A stretch of DNA of 64,000 nt from a virus (lineage: Duplodnaviria > Heunggongvirae > Uroviricota > Caudoviricetes): the IMG/VR virus record IMGVR_UViG_3300042922_001018. One strand, given 5' to 3'. The position numbers and the translations under genes are program-made. The notes below the pieces were generated by a model. That model was not told where the DNA came from. It worked only from the letters and a program-made list of their open reading frames with translations, and did not search any database. Numbering within the stretch: the stretch's first letter is position 1; each line of letters begins with the position of its first letter. This document shows, piece after piece, positions 38,490 through 47,946 of the stretch.

Positions 38490-40655
38490 TCACAACCACT
38501 CGGAGAGCAGCTTCTCGACCTGGAACGCCGTGTCGGGTCCGTAGACCTCCTGAGCGTCCTCAGCCGATGCGACCACGGTCGCTCCTCGCGCCTGAGCGTG
38601 CTGGGCGACGAGCTGGCCCACGGTGACCGGCTTGCGCGTCGCGGCGGCTTCCACCATCCGCGAGAACTGGGAGCGGTGCGCTCCCGCAGCGTTCGTCCCG
38701 CGTCCGCGGGAAGACAGGCCGACCCACACCAGCTCGTTCGTCTCCATGTCGAAAACGAACGGCAGCACGCCATCGGAGTCCTGCGTCAACGAGAACGCCG
38801 TCTCGACGGTCTTGCCGTCGAACACTTCGCCCTTGTCCAGGTTCTCGCGAACCATCACACCCGCTACCGCCTCCGGAATCTCCGAGTACGGCTGGTGCGT
38901 GAACGACAGGACAGAGACAGCCGCATAGCGCGCACGGCCCGCCAGCTTCCGCAGCCCAGGGCGCGAGATGTCGATGTACTCCGCAGCGCCCTCCGGCGCC
39001 GAGGTGATGTCACCGGAGTGAACAGCCATCGCGTTGCGGAGGTTGTAGTACGCGACCTCAGAGGTAACCTCGAACTGCTCGTTCATGAACGAGAGGGAAA
39101 GGTCCAGGTCCACGCGGCCACCCCAAGAGTCGTCGCTCTGGATGTCCTTCCACCACACGAAGAAACGGAGGTACTCGCCGTCCTCAATGCGGATACGGGA
39201 GCCGCGTCCGATGACACGCGTCGCGACGCCCTGCTCGCGAACCTGGAACGGCACCGCGTAGTCGTAGAGTGCGGGGTCGATGAAGACCTTCGCGTTCTGC
39301 GGAACGGGAGACTTCGATGCGTACTGGAGACGGAGCGCGTTCATGACGACGTTCTGAGCGTCTTCAATGAGGCGCGCGTCCATCGGCGGAAGCGGCTGGG
39401 AGGCGAACTGGGCGCGCTGAGCGTTCCCCTTCGGGAGGAAGACACGGATGCCAGCGTCACGGTTCTCCAGCGCGTTGTACGCGCCCCACAGGGTACGCGC
39501 CGACGCACGGTGAGCGACCTTCGCGAAGGAAGCCAGCGTCTCATACGGCGCGCTGGACGTGCGCAGTGCCCAGTCCAGGTCACGAGCGAACTCACCCGGC
39601 TTCTCGGCGCGCAGCATGTTCGCACGAGGCTGCGATACCGCGCCCTGCTGGACGAGGCCACGGTTCGACTTCGGCAGCTTGCCACTGCGCACGTTCGAGA
39701 AGAACGTGAAAGCGTTCACGAACTCCGTGCGGTACTCGCCGACGTGGAGGAGCTTCCCGACGAGCTTCCACAGGCCCAGGCGGCGACGAACGTCGCCGTA
39801 GTCCGGAGTACCGGCGAGCATCTGGTTCATGCGGCCGAGGATGGCGCGACGCCACTCACGAGGAATGTTGCCGAGCTTCTCACCGCCCTGGGCGGGCTTG
39901 ACGAACTCCGGGTTGCCGCCAGCGACAGCCACGGCGATACGCAGCACATCGGTGAGCGAATCGGCGTACTTCACGGAGGAAGAGTCGCCGGACACCTTCG
40001 CAAACCAACCGAGGTTGGCGGAAGAACCGAAGGAGACGGCGCTGAGCGCCCCATCGAGGTAGCCCTTACCGTCCAGCGCCGACCGTAGCTGGTTGCGCGC
40101 GAGAAGGTAACGGATGTCGTCACGGTCCAGCTCCGACCATGCCGCCTTCTGGGCGGTGAGGCTGAGGAAGATGTCCACGCACGTCGCATCGAGGTCATCG
40201 ACGAGGGAGATGACCCGCAGCGGGCGAGTGCTCTTCGTCTCACCGCGGTCGAGCTTGTCGTACTCGGGCATGATGCGCACACCAGCCCAGGCGCCGAAGT
40301 AGTGCGCGATGGCGTTCAGGTACAGCTCTGCCGCCGATGCCTCTTCCACCTGACGGGGGAAGTTCGGGTACATGGGCTTGACGGGCGCTGCCTTGCCGTT
40401 GCGGTCCACGGCACCGACGAGCTGAGCCACGTCCGTGACGATGTCGTCAGCGTACTGGGCCAGGCGCCCCGCCTCGGAGACGAGCATTGCGCTGATGACC
40501 TTGTCGTCGAGCGTGTAACCGAGGCGCTCCAGACGGTTCTCCAGGTCGGCGACGACCTTGAAGGACTGACGGCCGACGGTCGGCTGCTCAGAATCGACGG
40601 GCTTCACGAAGACCGAAGTGCGGCGACGCAGAATGATGCTGATGGGGTTGACCAT
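38490..40655 (-). CDS. Large protein with C-terminal TerD-like domain
   Basis: PMYPNFPRQV; KPGEFARDLD; VDLDLS...HSGDITSAPEGAAEYIDI; GAAGGGA RBS. Confidence 0.8.
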   Translation of the reverse strand: MVNPISIILRRRTSVFVKPVDSEQPTVGRQSFKVVADLENRLERLGYTLDDKVISAMLVSEAGRLAQYADDIVTDVAQLVGAVDRNGKAAPVKPMYPNFPRQVEEASAAELYLNAIAHYFGAWAGVRIMPEYDKLDRGETKSTRPLRVISLVDDLDATCVDIFLSLTAQKAAWSELDRDDIRYLLARNQLRSALDGKGYLDGALSAVSFGSSANLGWFAKVSGDSSSVKYADSLTDVLRIAVAVAGGNPEFVKPAQGGEKLGNIPREWRRAILGRMNQMLAGTPDYGDVRRRLGLWKLVGKLLHVGEYRTEFVNAFTFFSNVRSGKLPKSNRGLVQQGAVSQPRANMLRAEKPGEFARDLDWALRTSSAPYETLASFAKVAHRASARTLWGAYNALENRDAGIRVFLPKGNAQRAQFASQPLPPMDARLIEDAQNVVMNALRLQYASKSPVPQNAKVFIDPALYDYAVPFQVREQGVATRVIGRGSRIRIEDGEYLRFFVWWKDIQSDDSWGGRVDLDLSLSFMNEQFEVTSEVAYYNLRNAMAVHSGDITSAPEGAAEYIDISRPGLRKLAGRARYAAVSVLSFTHQPYSEIPEAVAGVMVRENLDKGEVFDGKTVETAFSLTQDSDGVLPFVFDMETNELVWVGLSSRGRGTNAAGAHRSQFSRMVEAAATRKPVTVGQLVAQHAQARGATVVASAEDAQEVYGPDTAFQVEKLLSEWL

Positions 40656-40782
40656 GATGTTTCCCTTCTTCAGCCCCGCGCGTAACACGAGGTCTGCCCT
40701 GCTGACAGTAGACCAGCGTACCACACACGCCCGGCGTCTGGCAACATTGGTGTTTGACGGTTTCTTCTGATAGGCTGTACGC

Positions 40783-41388
40783 ATGGCAACGTCAGACATC
40801 GTGCACCGTTTCGTCGCAGAGCTGAAGCAGGAAGCGGAGGACATCAGCAAGGGCATCGAGAGCGAGATGATTTCGGCGGATGCCTCGCCCTCCGAAGTGC
40901 TGGAGGCGGTGGCAATCATCCTCGACTCTATCCTTGAAGCGGTTCCCGCGCCGGAAACACTCGGCGATGCGACCATCATCCTCGACTGCACGGAGCCGTT
41001 CGGCGAGGGTGGTCGAAACATGCTCATCTCCGGCGAGGACAACGAAGACCCGGACAACCCCGGCAGCGTTCTTCCGACGCCGGACGCCACCGACGAGGAG
41101 AAGCTCATCGCTTACGACTCGGTGCCGATGACCGCGGTCCTGAAGCTGGCGAAGCTGATGGATGTCCCCGCCTCGCTCGCCACCGATGCAGAGCGACAGT
41201 ACGTTCGCAACCACCGTCTCGTCAAGGGCGGCATCGACTACGACAGCATCGACAGTCTCCTGGAGTACATCCAGTCCCAGGTCGAGAAGGACGCTCTCGC
41301 GGACCTGGCGACGGGTGTAGAATGGGACATCCCCGAGGAACTGCGGGCCGCTTGGAGCGCAGAGGATGGAGAACAGAATGGGTCGTGA
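40783..41388 (+). CDS. Acidic hypothetical protein
   Basis: TAGGCT-6-ATG. Confidence 0.7.
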   Translation: MATSDIVHRFVAELKQEAEDISKGIESEMISADASPSEVLEAVAIILDSILEAVPAPETLGDATIILDCTEPFGEGGRNMLISGEDNEDPDNPGSVLPTPDATDEEKLIAYDSVPMTAVLKLAKLMDVPASLATDAERQYVRNHRLVKGGIDYDSIDSLLEYIQSQVEKDALADLATGVEWDIPEELRAAWSAEDGEQNGS

Positions 41389-41980
41389 AGCAGGAGTAAC
41401 GCTCTTCAACGTCGCGGACAACTTCGCGGGCCTTGCCCAGGCGGCTGCGGCCGGAGCAGAGGGTGTGGACCAGAACCCGCTCATCCAGGCAGGTATCACG
41501 CCCGAGCAACTTCTCGTGCTTGCGAACGTCGTTCATGGCTTCGGTCACCAGGCCACCATGTTCCCGGACCCGGACACGCTGGGTGCGCTCTCGGACCGAG
41601 TCAACTCGAAGCCCGGCGCCTATCCTCTCAACATCGTCATCGACCAGCCGGAGCCTCCACAGGAGAACACCTACATGCTCACCGAGATGGTCGAGATGGG
41701 TCGTCTCGCTCAGCTCCCCATCCTCCTCTCGACGCAGGAGCAGAAAGACCGCTTCACTTCGCATCCGCTGGTGCAGCAGGGGCTTCCCTCTTTCGTCTTC
41801 ATCCAGGTCGCGGCGCAGGAGAAGACGTTCATCGAGAACGCAGAGTTCTCTGACATCGCGCGGTCCTTGATGGAGGACGAGCCGGGTGTGTTCGGAACGC
41901 CCGAGATGCGTGAAGAGTCCCAGAGCACGGCCACCCCGCCGTTCGGGATGCCACATCAGCCTCATCGCAGCGAAGACTGA
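41378..41980 (+). CDS. Hypothetical protein
   Basis: Overlapping coupled ORF. Confidence 0.7.
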   Translation: MGREAGVTLFNVADNFAGLAQAAAAGAEGVDQNPLIQAGITPEQLLVLANVVHGFGHQATMFPDPDTLGALSDRVNSKPGAYPLNIVIDQPEPPQENTYMLTEMVEMGRLAQLPILLSTQEQKDRFTSHPLVQQGLPSFVFIQVAAQEKTFIENAEFSDIARSLMEDEPGVFGTPEMREESQSTATPPFGMPHQPHRSED

Positions 41981-41984
41981 TACC

Positions 41985-42026
41985 AACGAGTGAAGCCCCG
42001 AGAACGTTCTCGGGGCTTCACTCGTT
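41985..42026. terminator. Perfect 42-bp palindrome, likely bidirectional terminator
   Basis: AACGAGTGAAGCCCCGAGAAC|GTTCTCGGGGCTTCACTCGTT between convergent genes. Confidence 0.75.
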
Positions 42027-42031
42027 TCCGG

Positions 42032-42178
42032 TCAGTTACCGGCGAGCTTCGTGACGATGCTCAGCGCCTCTCGGAGTGTGCGCTTCTCCTCATCCCACAG
42101 GCTGCCATCGTGGCGAGCCAGGACGGACGCGAGAGCGGACTGGGCTTCGAGCGCTGTGCGCTGAGCGTCAGACGCCAT
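42032..42178 (-). CDS. Small protein (48 aa, not in ORF track)
   Basis: MASDAQRTALEAQSALASVL... Confidence 0.5.
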   Translation of the reverse strand: MASDAQRTALEAQSALASVLARHDGSLWDEEKRTLREALSIVTKLAGN

Positions 42179-42677
42179 CGGTGGAACCGTCAGGCTGCTC
42201 TTCGGTCAGCTCGACACGAGGCGCAGGCGGCGCGACGACATGCGGGTAACGCAGTCGAAGCTCCAGAAGACGCTCGATGTCACTGAACGCGCCCGACTCG
42301 CGGAGGCCGCTCTGGTTGACGCGTTCCTCCAGCTCTTCCAGCTCGTAGGTCTCGCGCTGGTGCATCCGGCGTCGGATTTCGTCGCGCATCTCGTTGCGGC
42401 GGATGACGGCGGCGCCGTCGATGTCATACAGCTCTGCGAACGTCACGACGGTATCGTTGCGGAGGATGACTTTCTCGTTGTTCAGGTCTACCACAGCGAC
42501 CTGAGGCGAGTCGTACGCCTGCGGGAACTCCAGGGCGAGGCGGTCGTACACGCTGCGGTATGCAGCGAAGAGGAGACCGACCTGCTCTTCGAGTCGCCGC
42601 TGAGCCTGTGAGAATCCCTGAAGGCTCTCGGTGATGCGGGACTCCGAGTAGGGCACGGTCGTTTCCGAGTTGGTCAT
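42168..42677 (-). CDS. Hypothetical protein
   Basis: TAGGAT-6-ATG. Confidence 0.7.
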   Translation of the reverse strand: MTNSETTVPYSESRITESLQGFSQAQRRLEEQVGLLFAAYRSVYDRLALEFPQAYDSPQVAVVDLNNEKVILRNDTVVTFAELYDIDGAAVIRRNEMRDEIRRRMHQRETYELEELEERVNQSGLRESGAFSDIERLLELRLRYPHVVAPPAPRVELTEEQPDGSTDGV

Positions 42678-42759
42678 GGACTCATCCTAGCACTGGTCTC
42701 AGACGTTGCCGAAGACTCCGACCCTCGCGCCTCCGGCAACAACCGGAACGGGTGCTTCT

Positions 42760-43095
42760 TCAGTCGGCGTCCGCTGCGCGGCGTCGCGCGAGCGCCCCAG
42801 CCTGACGGTCGATGTCCTCAGCAAGTCGCGCGAAGAGGTCGGCAGCGGCCGTGTCGGGGTGCTCCAGCTCGTACAGGGTCACGCGGGTGCCGTCGGCAAG
42901 GAGAATGGTCCCTGTGAGACCGTCGAAGTTCGCTACGGTCGGGGTCACCATACCCCTGTATGTCTCGGGCGCGTCCATCGCCAGCGAGTTGTACACGGCC
43001 TTGTACTTGTCGAACAGCGTGTAGATGTGCGAGGTGAGCGCCTCGTATCCGGAAACGTAGGCGCCTAGGGCGGCGCGCGGCGAAGGAGCAGTCAT
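42760..43095 (-). CDS. Hypothetical protein (loosely similar to previous)
   Basis: TTGACA-17-TAGACT-6-ATG. Confidence 0.7.
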   Translation of the reverse strand: MTAPSPRAALGAYVSGYEALTSHIYTLFDKYKAVYNSLAMDAPETYRGMVTPTVANFDGLTGTILLADGTRVTLYELEHPDTAAADLFARLAEDIDRQAGALARRRAADAD

Positions 43096-43284
43096 CTTCG
43101 AAGTCTACTCTCCCGGCGGAGTGGTGTCAATGGGGTGAGGCTGCCCGCACCGACCACAGCGATGGGGTGTCGAATGCCCTACCAGCTTGTAGCATGCATG
43201 GGTAGTGGCAACGCGGTGACCGGAGCCGTCCGCGCTCAGCTCGTCCCATGTGACGTGGCATCGCCCGTTCATGCTCTGAGTGTA

Positions 43285-43617
43285 TCACCGACCGGCCAGC
43301 GGAAGGCCTGCGAGAAGGCCTGAGACGCCGTGAGCGGGAGTGAACGCTACAGCGGTCACCGCATCGTCGAAATCCGGCTCATGGAACGCAACAGTATCGT
43401 GCTCAGAGTCTCGGAATGTCTCGATGGTCTCGCGCGGAGCAGCGAGGGCGATGACGTAGTTCGAGGTGGAGTTCCAATGACGGGCTGCATCCGCCCGTGT
43501 CAGGATGAACTCGGCGACAGCGTGAGCCACTTGGGCAATCTGCTGTCCCGGTCGAAGGGCGGAATCGACGACAACGTGAAGTCGTGCGTCGCGGAAAGGC
43601 AGCTAGTTCTCAGTCAT
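43285..43617 (-). CDS. PTH2-like peptidyl-tRNA hydrolase with in-frame TAG at codon 5
   Basis: MTEN*LPFRDARLHVVVDSALRPGQQIAQVAHAVAEF...FHEPD...TAVAF; TACGCT-6-ATG. Confidence 0.75.
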
Positions 43618-43629
43618 GAGGATAGCGTA

Positions 43630-43926
43630 TCACACCGCTCCGACATCGACTGCGCGGTGTGCATTCAACTCCCGAGAACGAGCCGCCCACAGGTCAGTGC
43701 TCACATCCGGGACGGGGATGGCGGGAGCTGGCTTCTCTTCGAGAATCACGAGAGCGTCACCGGCACACACGCGCCTGGTGCCGTGCTTGTCTTCGATGGT
43801 GACCTCGCCGCACATCATGTACTCATCGGCGGCGACAACCGTGAACTTTCCCGACTTGGCCCGGAGGAAAGTCACTCTGGCCCCGACCCTCATGCGTGGG
43901 TCCGGCCACACACTCAGTTCTTTCAT
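43630..43926 (-). CDS. Hypothetical protein
   Basis: Coupled ORF. Confidence 0.55.
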   Translation of the reverse strand: MKELSVWPDPRMRVGARVTFLRAKSGKFTVVAADEYMMCGEVTIEDKHGTRRVCAGDALVILEEKPAPAIPVPDVSTDLWAARSRELNAHRAVDVGAV

Positions 43927-44249
43927 GGGACGATGCTCCGAGCGGCACGGCGGGCCAGCTCTCGCAACCGGTCGGGAATCATCCCGAGGCTCTGGTCGTT
44001 CATCACCGCAGCGATGTCCTCGTCAGACAGTGGACTCCATCCGTGGTCGCGCAGCTTCTTGTCGGCCGCAGATGAGATAGCCTTCACGACATCGTCGGCG
44101 ACGCGCCATGAGTACACATCAGGGTACAGCCTCGTTTCCATCGGAATCTTCTCGATGGCTCGCTCGACCACTCGGTCAAGCGGAAGTGCTGGACGACCGT
44201 CGGGGCGCCCCAGACGGAATCCGTTCGCTACGGTCGGCTCAATGTCCAT
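43923..44249 (-). CDS. Hypothetical protein
   Basis: Coupled ORF. Confidence 0.6.
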   Translation of the reverse strand: MDIEPTVANGFRLGRPDGRPALPLDRVVERAIEKIPMETRLYPDVYSWRVADDVVKAISSAADKKLRDHGWSPLSDEDIAAVMNDQSLGMIPDRLRELARRAARSIVP

Positions 44250-44577
44250 GAGGCTCCTCGCTGGGAATCTCTTCCCACGGCCCGTAGGTGACTCGGCGCC
44301 GCATGAGCGTGGCGCGCGGCGTGAAGCCGCCTTTCTTCATGCGGTTGAGCACGTACCGGACAATGCCACGCGCTTCGTCTAGGTCGGCGTATTGGCGCAG
44401 CCGCGGGATGTCGGTCAGGTCGTCCATCGAATCGGGAATCGCTGCGCCGTAATGGTAGTCGGGCGCGGGCGCTTCGTCGATGAGCTGGGGAAGGTCAGGA
44501 ACCTGCACCGGGGCGTGAGCGGCGAGCCGGGCTTCCATCTCCTCACGGAGACAACGCGGCTTCGGGAGGTCAGTCAT
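44239..44577 (-). CDS. Hypothetical protein
   Basis: Overlapping ORF in operon. Confidence 0.6.
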   Translation of the reverse strand: MTDLPKPRCLREEMEARLAAHAPVQVPDLPQLIDEAPAPDYHYGAAIPDSMDDLTDIPRLRQYADLDEARGIVRYVLNRMKKGGFTPRATLMRRRVTYGPWEEIPSEEPHGH

Positions 44578-44887
44578 TGCTCGCAACTTCCTTCTCCTGG
44601 AGTCGGTCCCGTTCCACGCGGATGCCGCGCGCCACGCGCTCGCCTGTGATTTCGCTTCCGCCGATGTAGCTCCGCGCTTCGGAGAGGATACGGTCGTAGC
44701 TCTCGGAGAGCATCTGACGCACCTGGGACTCCGTTACCGGCGGCTCGTCGAGAACGTCTGCCATGCGGATGAGCAGTTCCCGCACCGCGTCCGTGTGGTA
44801 GTGGTCGTCCGCGAGTCCGCGAGCTGCTTCAGCAAGCTGCTTCGGAGTCTTGCCTTCGAACTCGTTCCAGCCGTCGAGTAGTTCCAT
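44570..44887 (-). CDS. Hypothetical protein
   Basis: AAAGGGAG RBS. Confidence 0.65.
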   Translation of the reverse strand: MELLDGWNEFEGKTPKQLAEAARGLADDHYHTDAVRELLIRMADVLDEPPVTESQVRQMLSESYDRILSEARSYIGGSEITGERVARGIRVERDRLQEKEVASND

Positions 44888-45082
44888 CAGCTCCCTTTCG
44901 CGTAGGTGACGGGGACGTGGCCCACCAGCGAAGTGCTGAGCAGACCAGCGATGTCTCCCAGCATGCCGGAGAGATGCGGGTTCTCAGTGCGGCCGACAAG
45001 GTCTTCCGAGAGTGCTCGTGCAACCTCGGTGAGGTCTACGAGCGGTGTAGTACCAACGAGAGCCATGCCATCCCTTTCGTTG

Positions 45083-45154
45083 TGCCCCTGACAGGAATCG
45101 AACCCGTGACGCGAGGATTTAGAGTCCCCCGTTCTGCCATTGAACTACAGAGGC
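45083..45154 (-). tRNA. tRNA with CUA anticodon (amber suppressor type)
   Basis: GCCUCUG UA GUUC AAUGGCA GAAC G GGGGA CUCUAAA UCCUC GCGUC ACGGG UUCGAUU CCUGU CAGGGGC A; full cloverleaf, CCA not encoded. Confidence 0.92.
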
Positions 45155-45184
45155 AAGACCGCCGAAGCGGCTTGTGGTTACAGC

Positions 45185-45607
45185 TTACACCACCTTGCGC
45201 CGACCCAGCAGCTCGTCCGCCTCGAAGTAGAAGCCGAGAGCGTAGAGCGTGGTGCCGTCGAGAGTGCCTTCCACGACCTCGAACTCCGCCGTCACCTCGT
45301 CGTTCTGAGCGACCAGCACATCGCCGAGCGAGATGTCGGTGACGCGGATTGGTTCGTACGACTCCTGCGATGCGTCCACGCCCGTGTCCGCCTTCTTCAG
45401 GACGGTGAGCTTGTCCGGGAACAGGCCGTGGGCGTTCGACGCGTTGATACCGATACCGGTCTCCGGGTCGCTCAGCTCGCCGCGCTCGCGGTAGGACGAG
45501 GGGACTTCCCACTCGACACGGCCGCGGTACTCGGGGTCGGTCTCATCGAACCACTCCAGCAGGACGCGGTCGCGGGGGGAGAAAAGGGTGCCATTCCAGC
45601 GTGCCAT
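45185..45607 (-). CDS. Hypothetical protein
   Basis: Paralog of 46085..46549 (DxVLLEW...DPE..GR..W.VP). Confidence 0.7.
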   Translation of the reverse strand: MARWNGTLFSPRDRVLLEWFDETDPEYRGRVEWEVPSSYRERGELSDPETGIGINASNAHGLFPDKLTVLKKADTGVDASQESYEPIRVTDISLGDVLVAQNDEVTAEFEVVEGTLDGTTLYALGFYFEADELLGRRKVV

Positions 45608-45609
45608 TT

Positions 45610-45849
45610 TCAGTTGCCTTCCTTGTTCTCGGAGGCTTGCGCTTCCGTTCGTTCTTCAGCCGGGCGGGTGCCCGAGGTCTTCTCCAGCCGTTCTGGCCGG
45701 AAATCTTCGATGTAAGGGGTGTTGCCGTAGCCGCCGTGAGGGAACTCAACGCGGACACGGACGGGCAGGATGCCGATGACCTTGCCCTCGTGCTTGTGCA
45801 CACGGGTCTTCAGGACGCGGACAGCATCGCCGATGATGAACTTCGTCAT
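45610..45849 (-). CDS. Small SH3/KOW-like protein
   Basis: FIIGDAVRV...GKVIGI...VRVEF. Confidence 0.6.
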   Translation of the reverse strand: MTKFIIGDAVRVLKTRVHKHEGKVIGILPVRVRVEFPHGGYGNTPYIEDFRPERLEKTSGTRPAEERTEAQASENKEGN

Positions 45850-46088
45850 GCGACGCTCCCGTCTACCGCTTCGAGGTACGCGATGCCCTTGCCGGTGAGC
45901 AGCACTTCAGGCTCCTCCTCCAGGGTCAGGTACGCTTCCGCCGTCAGGTACTCGTACGGCGCCTGGTCCACCTTACCCAGAAAACCCTTGACACGGTACT
46001 GCGGCACGCCGCGCGGCGGCGCTTTCCGGATGACATTGCCCGCTCGGACGTTACGCAGCGCATTGATGTGCTCGATGTTCAGCGTCAT
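45846..46088 (-). CDS. Hypothetical protein
   Basis: LTGKGIAYL, winged-helix-like end. Confidence 0.6.
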   Translation of the reverse strand: MTLNIEHINALRNVRAGNVIRKAPPRGVPQYRVKGFLGKVDQAPYEYLTAEAYLTLEEEPEVLLTGKGIAYLEAVDGSVA

Positions 46089-46549
46089 GATGCCACCTTC
46101 CGGAAGAACACAGTGTCGTCCTCGTCGAGCGAGAAGTCGAGGAAGTAGTAGAGCTGGCCGTATTCCTGACCCTCGATGGAGTCCTCCGTGAGCGTGTGCT
46201 CAATGGTGAGGGTCGTGCCGCCCCGAACCAGCGCAATGACCGTATCGCCGACGTTCAGCTCATCGAGCTTCACCTTGCGGAAGCCGATGAGGGAGATGGG
46301 GTCAGCGTCCGGCTCCAAAACCGTCAGCGTAGTGGGATGGACGTTCTCGTCTCCATTGATGATGAGACCGAGGCCACCCATCTCCTCGTTGTCATCACTC
46401 AGCTCTGCGAAGTCAGGGTCTTCCGTGGCACAGGACTCCGGAACGACCCAGACGGCCCGGCCGAGCTTCTCCGGGTCTTCAGTCCACTCCAGGAGGACGG
46501 TGTCCCCTGCGTGGAAAGGGACACCGTGCCAGAGGTTCGGGACGCTCAC
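46085..46549 (-). CDS. Hypothetical protein
   Basis: Start revised to GTG at 46549. Confidence 0.65.
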   Translation of the reverse strand: MSVPNLWHGVPFHAGDTVLLEWTEDPEKLGRAVWVVPESCATEDPDFAELSDDNEEMGGLGLIINGDENVHPTTLTVLEPDADPISLIGFRKVKLDELNVGDTVIALVRGGTTLTIEHTLTEDSIEGQEYGQLYYFLDFSLDEDDTVFFRKVAS

Positions 46550-46560
46550 GTCTGCGGCGC

Positions 46561-47937
46561 TCACTTGTCGAACTCGCAGATGTAGGAGACACGAATCTGC
46601 TCCACGTCCCAGACAACGATTTCGTTGTTGAGAACGCCGCAGGTACCGCCCTTGATGTTGATGCTGTTGAACGGCTTGCCCTTCGCGTCCACGCTGTTGT
46701 GCGCCTTGTTGAGGCTTGCCGAACCAGCCCAACCACCCTGCTGGTACGGGCGGAACTCGTTGCCGAGAACAACCTCGTTGAGGAGCATGAAGCAGTTGTC
46801 GCGCGAGCCGCCGGTCGCTCCGCCCCAGGAACCTGCCGAGTACCGCAGCGACTTGGTGGACTGGTCGGAGAAGTAGATGCCGTCACCGAACATGCGGCCC
46901 GCGATGCGGATGGTGGTTCCACGGACCGGCGGGACGAACAGACCCTTGCGGAGGATGGAGAGCAGGTTACCCGTGAGGGTGCCGTGCCACAGCTCGCGCA
47001 CGTTGCTGAGCTTGTCCTTCGCGTCCTTCCACTTCGCCAGGTGCTCGTCCGAGTCGGTGACGACGTAGACGCGCTTCAGCTTCAGTCCGGCGACATCGCG
47101 GTGGTGACGGTCGTTCTTCGTGTCCTCGAACATCTTCGAGATGCGCTTGAACTCCTTGCCCTTCGGGTCGAGGACATCGAGCGCGTAACGGAAGTCGATG
47201 GTGGGCGTCGAGGTCTGCGCGGCCTTCTGCGCGTCGGCGAGAGCCTTGGCGGTTGCGGTCTTCGCGAGAGCGACGGACGATTCGAGCTGGTCGAGAAGGT
47301 CGCGCTGCTTGTCGATGGTGGTGACCTTCGTGAGGAAGGTGTCGCCCCACCCACGGCGCGCGGGCACCTTCTGGGGGATGTAGGTCAGGTACTCGTCCAG
47401 GTCTTTCTGGCTGACGCCGCTCCCGCTGTCCGTCTGGTTCGCCAGGCGGTTGAGGATGACGCGAGCTTTCTGGATGTTGCCGAGGGAGACCACGCCGAGC
47501 GCGGTACGGACGATACCGTCATCCGAGACGGTGATGAGACCACCGGAGGCTGAGGTGATGGCGTGACGGTTCTCCGCGACGATACGGCGGATGAACGTGT
47601 CGAGTGCGGCGCGAGCGTCGGCCGTGACGTTCGCAGGCATGAGGGAGGCGAGAGCGGCGACCTCGACATCGACACCGTTGGTCCCGTTGCCTCCGGAGAT
47701 GGCCTTCGTGGTCGAAGCCTCGATGTCGGTGCGCTTGTAGCCCTTGCGCTCCTTCTCGCGGATGCAGCGGTCGTACGTGTGGCGACCGCTGCCCTTGTTG
47801 GACACGGTGCCTTCGACGCCGACGCGGCCCCAACGGGCGGTCACAGTGTCGTCATCGTGCAGAGTGACGTGGTAGAACTTGTTGTTGTTCTCCGCGCCGC
47901 TGACGAGAATCAGCATCGTCTCTTCGAGGGTGGCCAT
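46561..47937 (-). CDS. WGR-domain PARP-like ADP-ribosyltransferase
   Basis: NNKFY...WGRVG; YLTYIPQ; LWHGT, GRMFGDGIYF, KSLRY, NNEIVVW (H-Y-E triad). Confidence 0.93.
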   Translation of the reverse strand: MATLEETMLILVSGAENNNKFYHVTLHDDDTVTARWGRVGVEGTVSNKGSGRHTYDRCIREKERKGYKRTDIEASTTKAISGGNGTNGVDVEVAALASLMPANVTADARAALDTFIRRIVAENRHAITSASGGLITVSDDGIVRTALGVVSLGNIQKARVILNRLANQTDSGSGVSQKDLDEYLTYIPQKVPARRGWGDTFLTKVTTIDKQRDLLDQLESSVALAKTATAKALADAQKAAQTSTPTIDFRYALDVLDPKGKEFKRISKMFEDTKNDRHHRDVAGLKLKRVYVVTDSDEHLAKWKDAKDKLSNVRELWHGTLTGNLLSILRKGLFVPPVRGTTIRIAGRMFGDGIYFSDQSTKSLRYSAGSWGGATGGSRDNCFMLLNEVVLGNEFRPYQQGGWAGSASLNKAHNSVDAKGKPFNSINIKGGTCGVLNNEIVVWDVEQIRVSYICEFDK

Positions 47938-47946
47938 GTCTCTATC

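Noticed and set aside
38475-40088. Long + strand ORFs (537 aa here; also 19716..20849, 22307..23413, 43330..44382)
   Set aside because: Antisense shadows of real minus-strand genes in high-GC DNA, with no motifs or start signals.
45083-45154. Pyrrolysine system or genome-wide TAG recoding
   Set aside because: tRNA structure is canonical, no pyl genes are present, and long genes are not broken by TAG.
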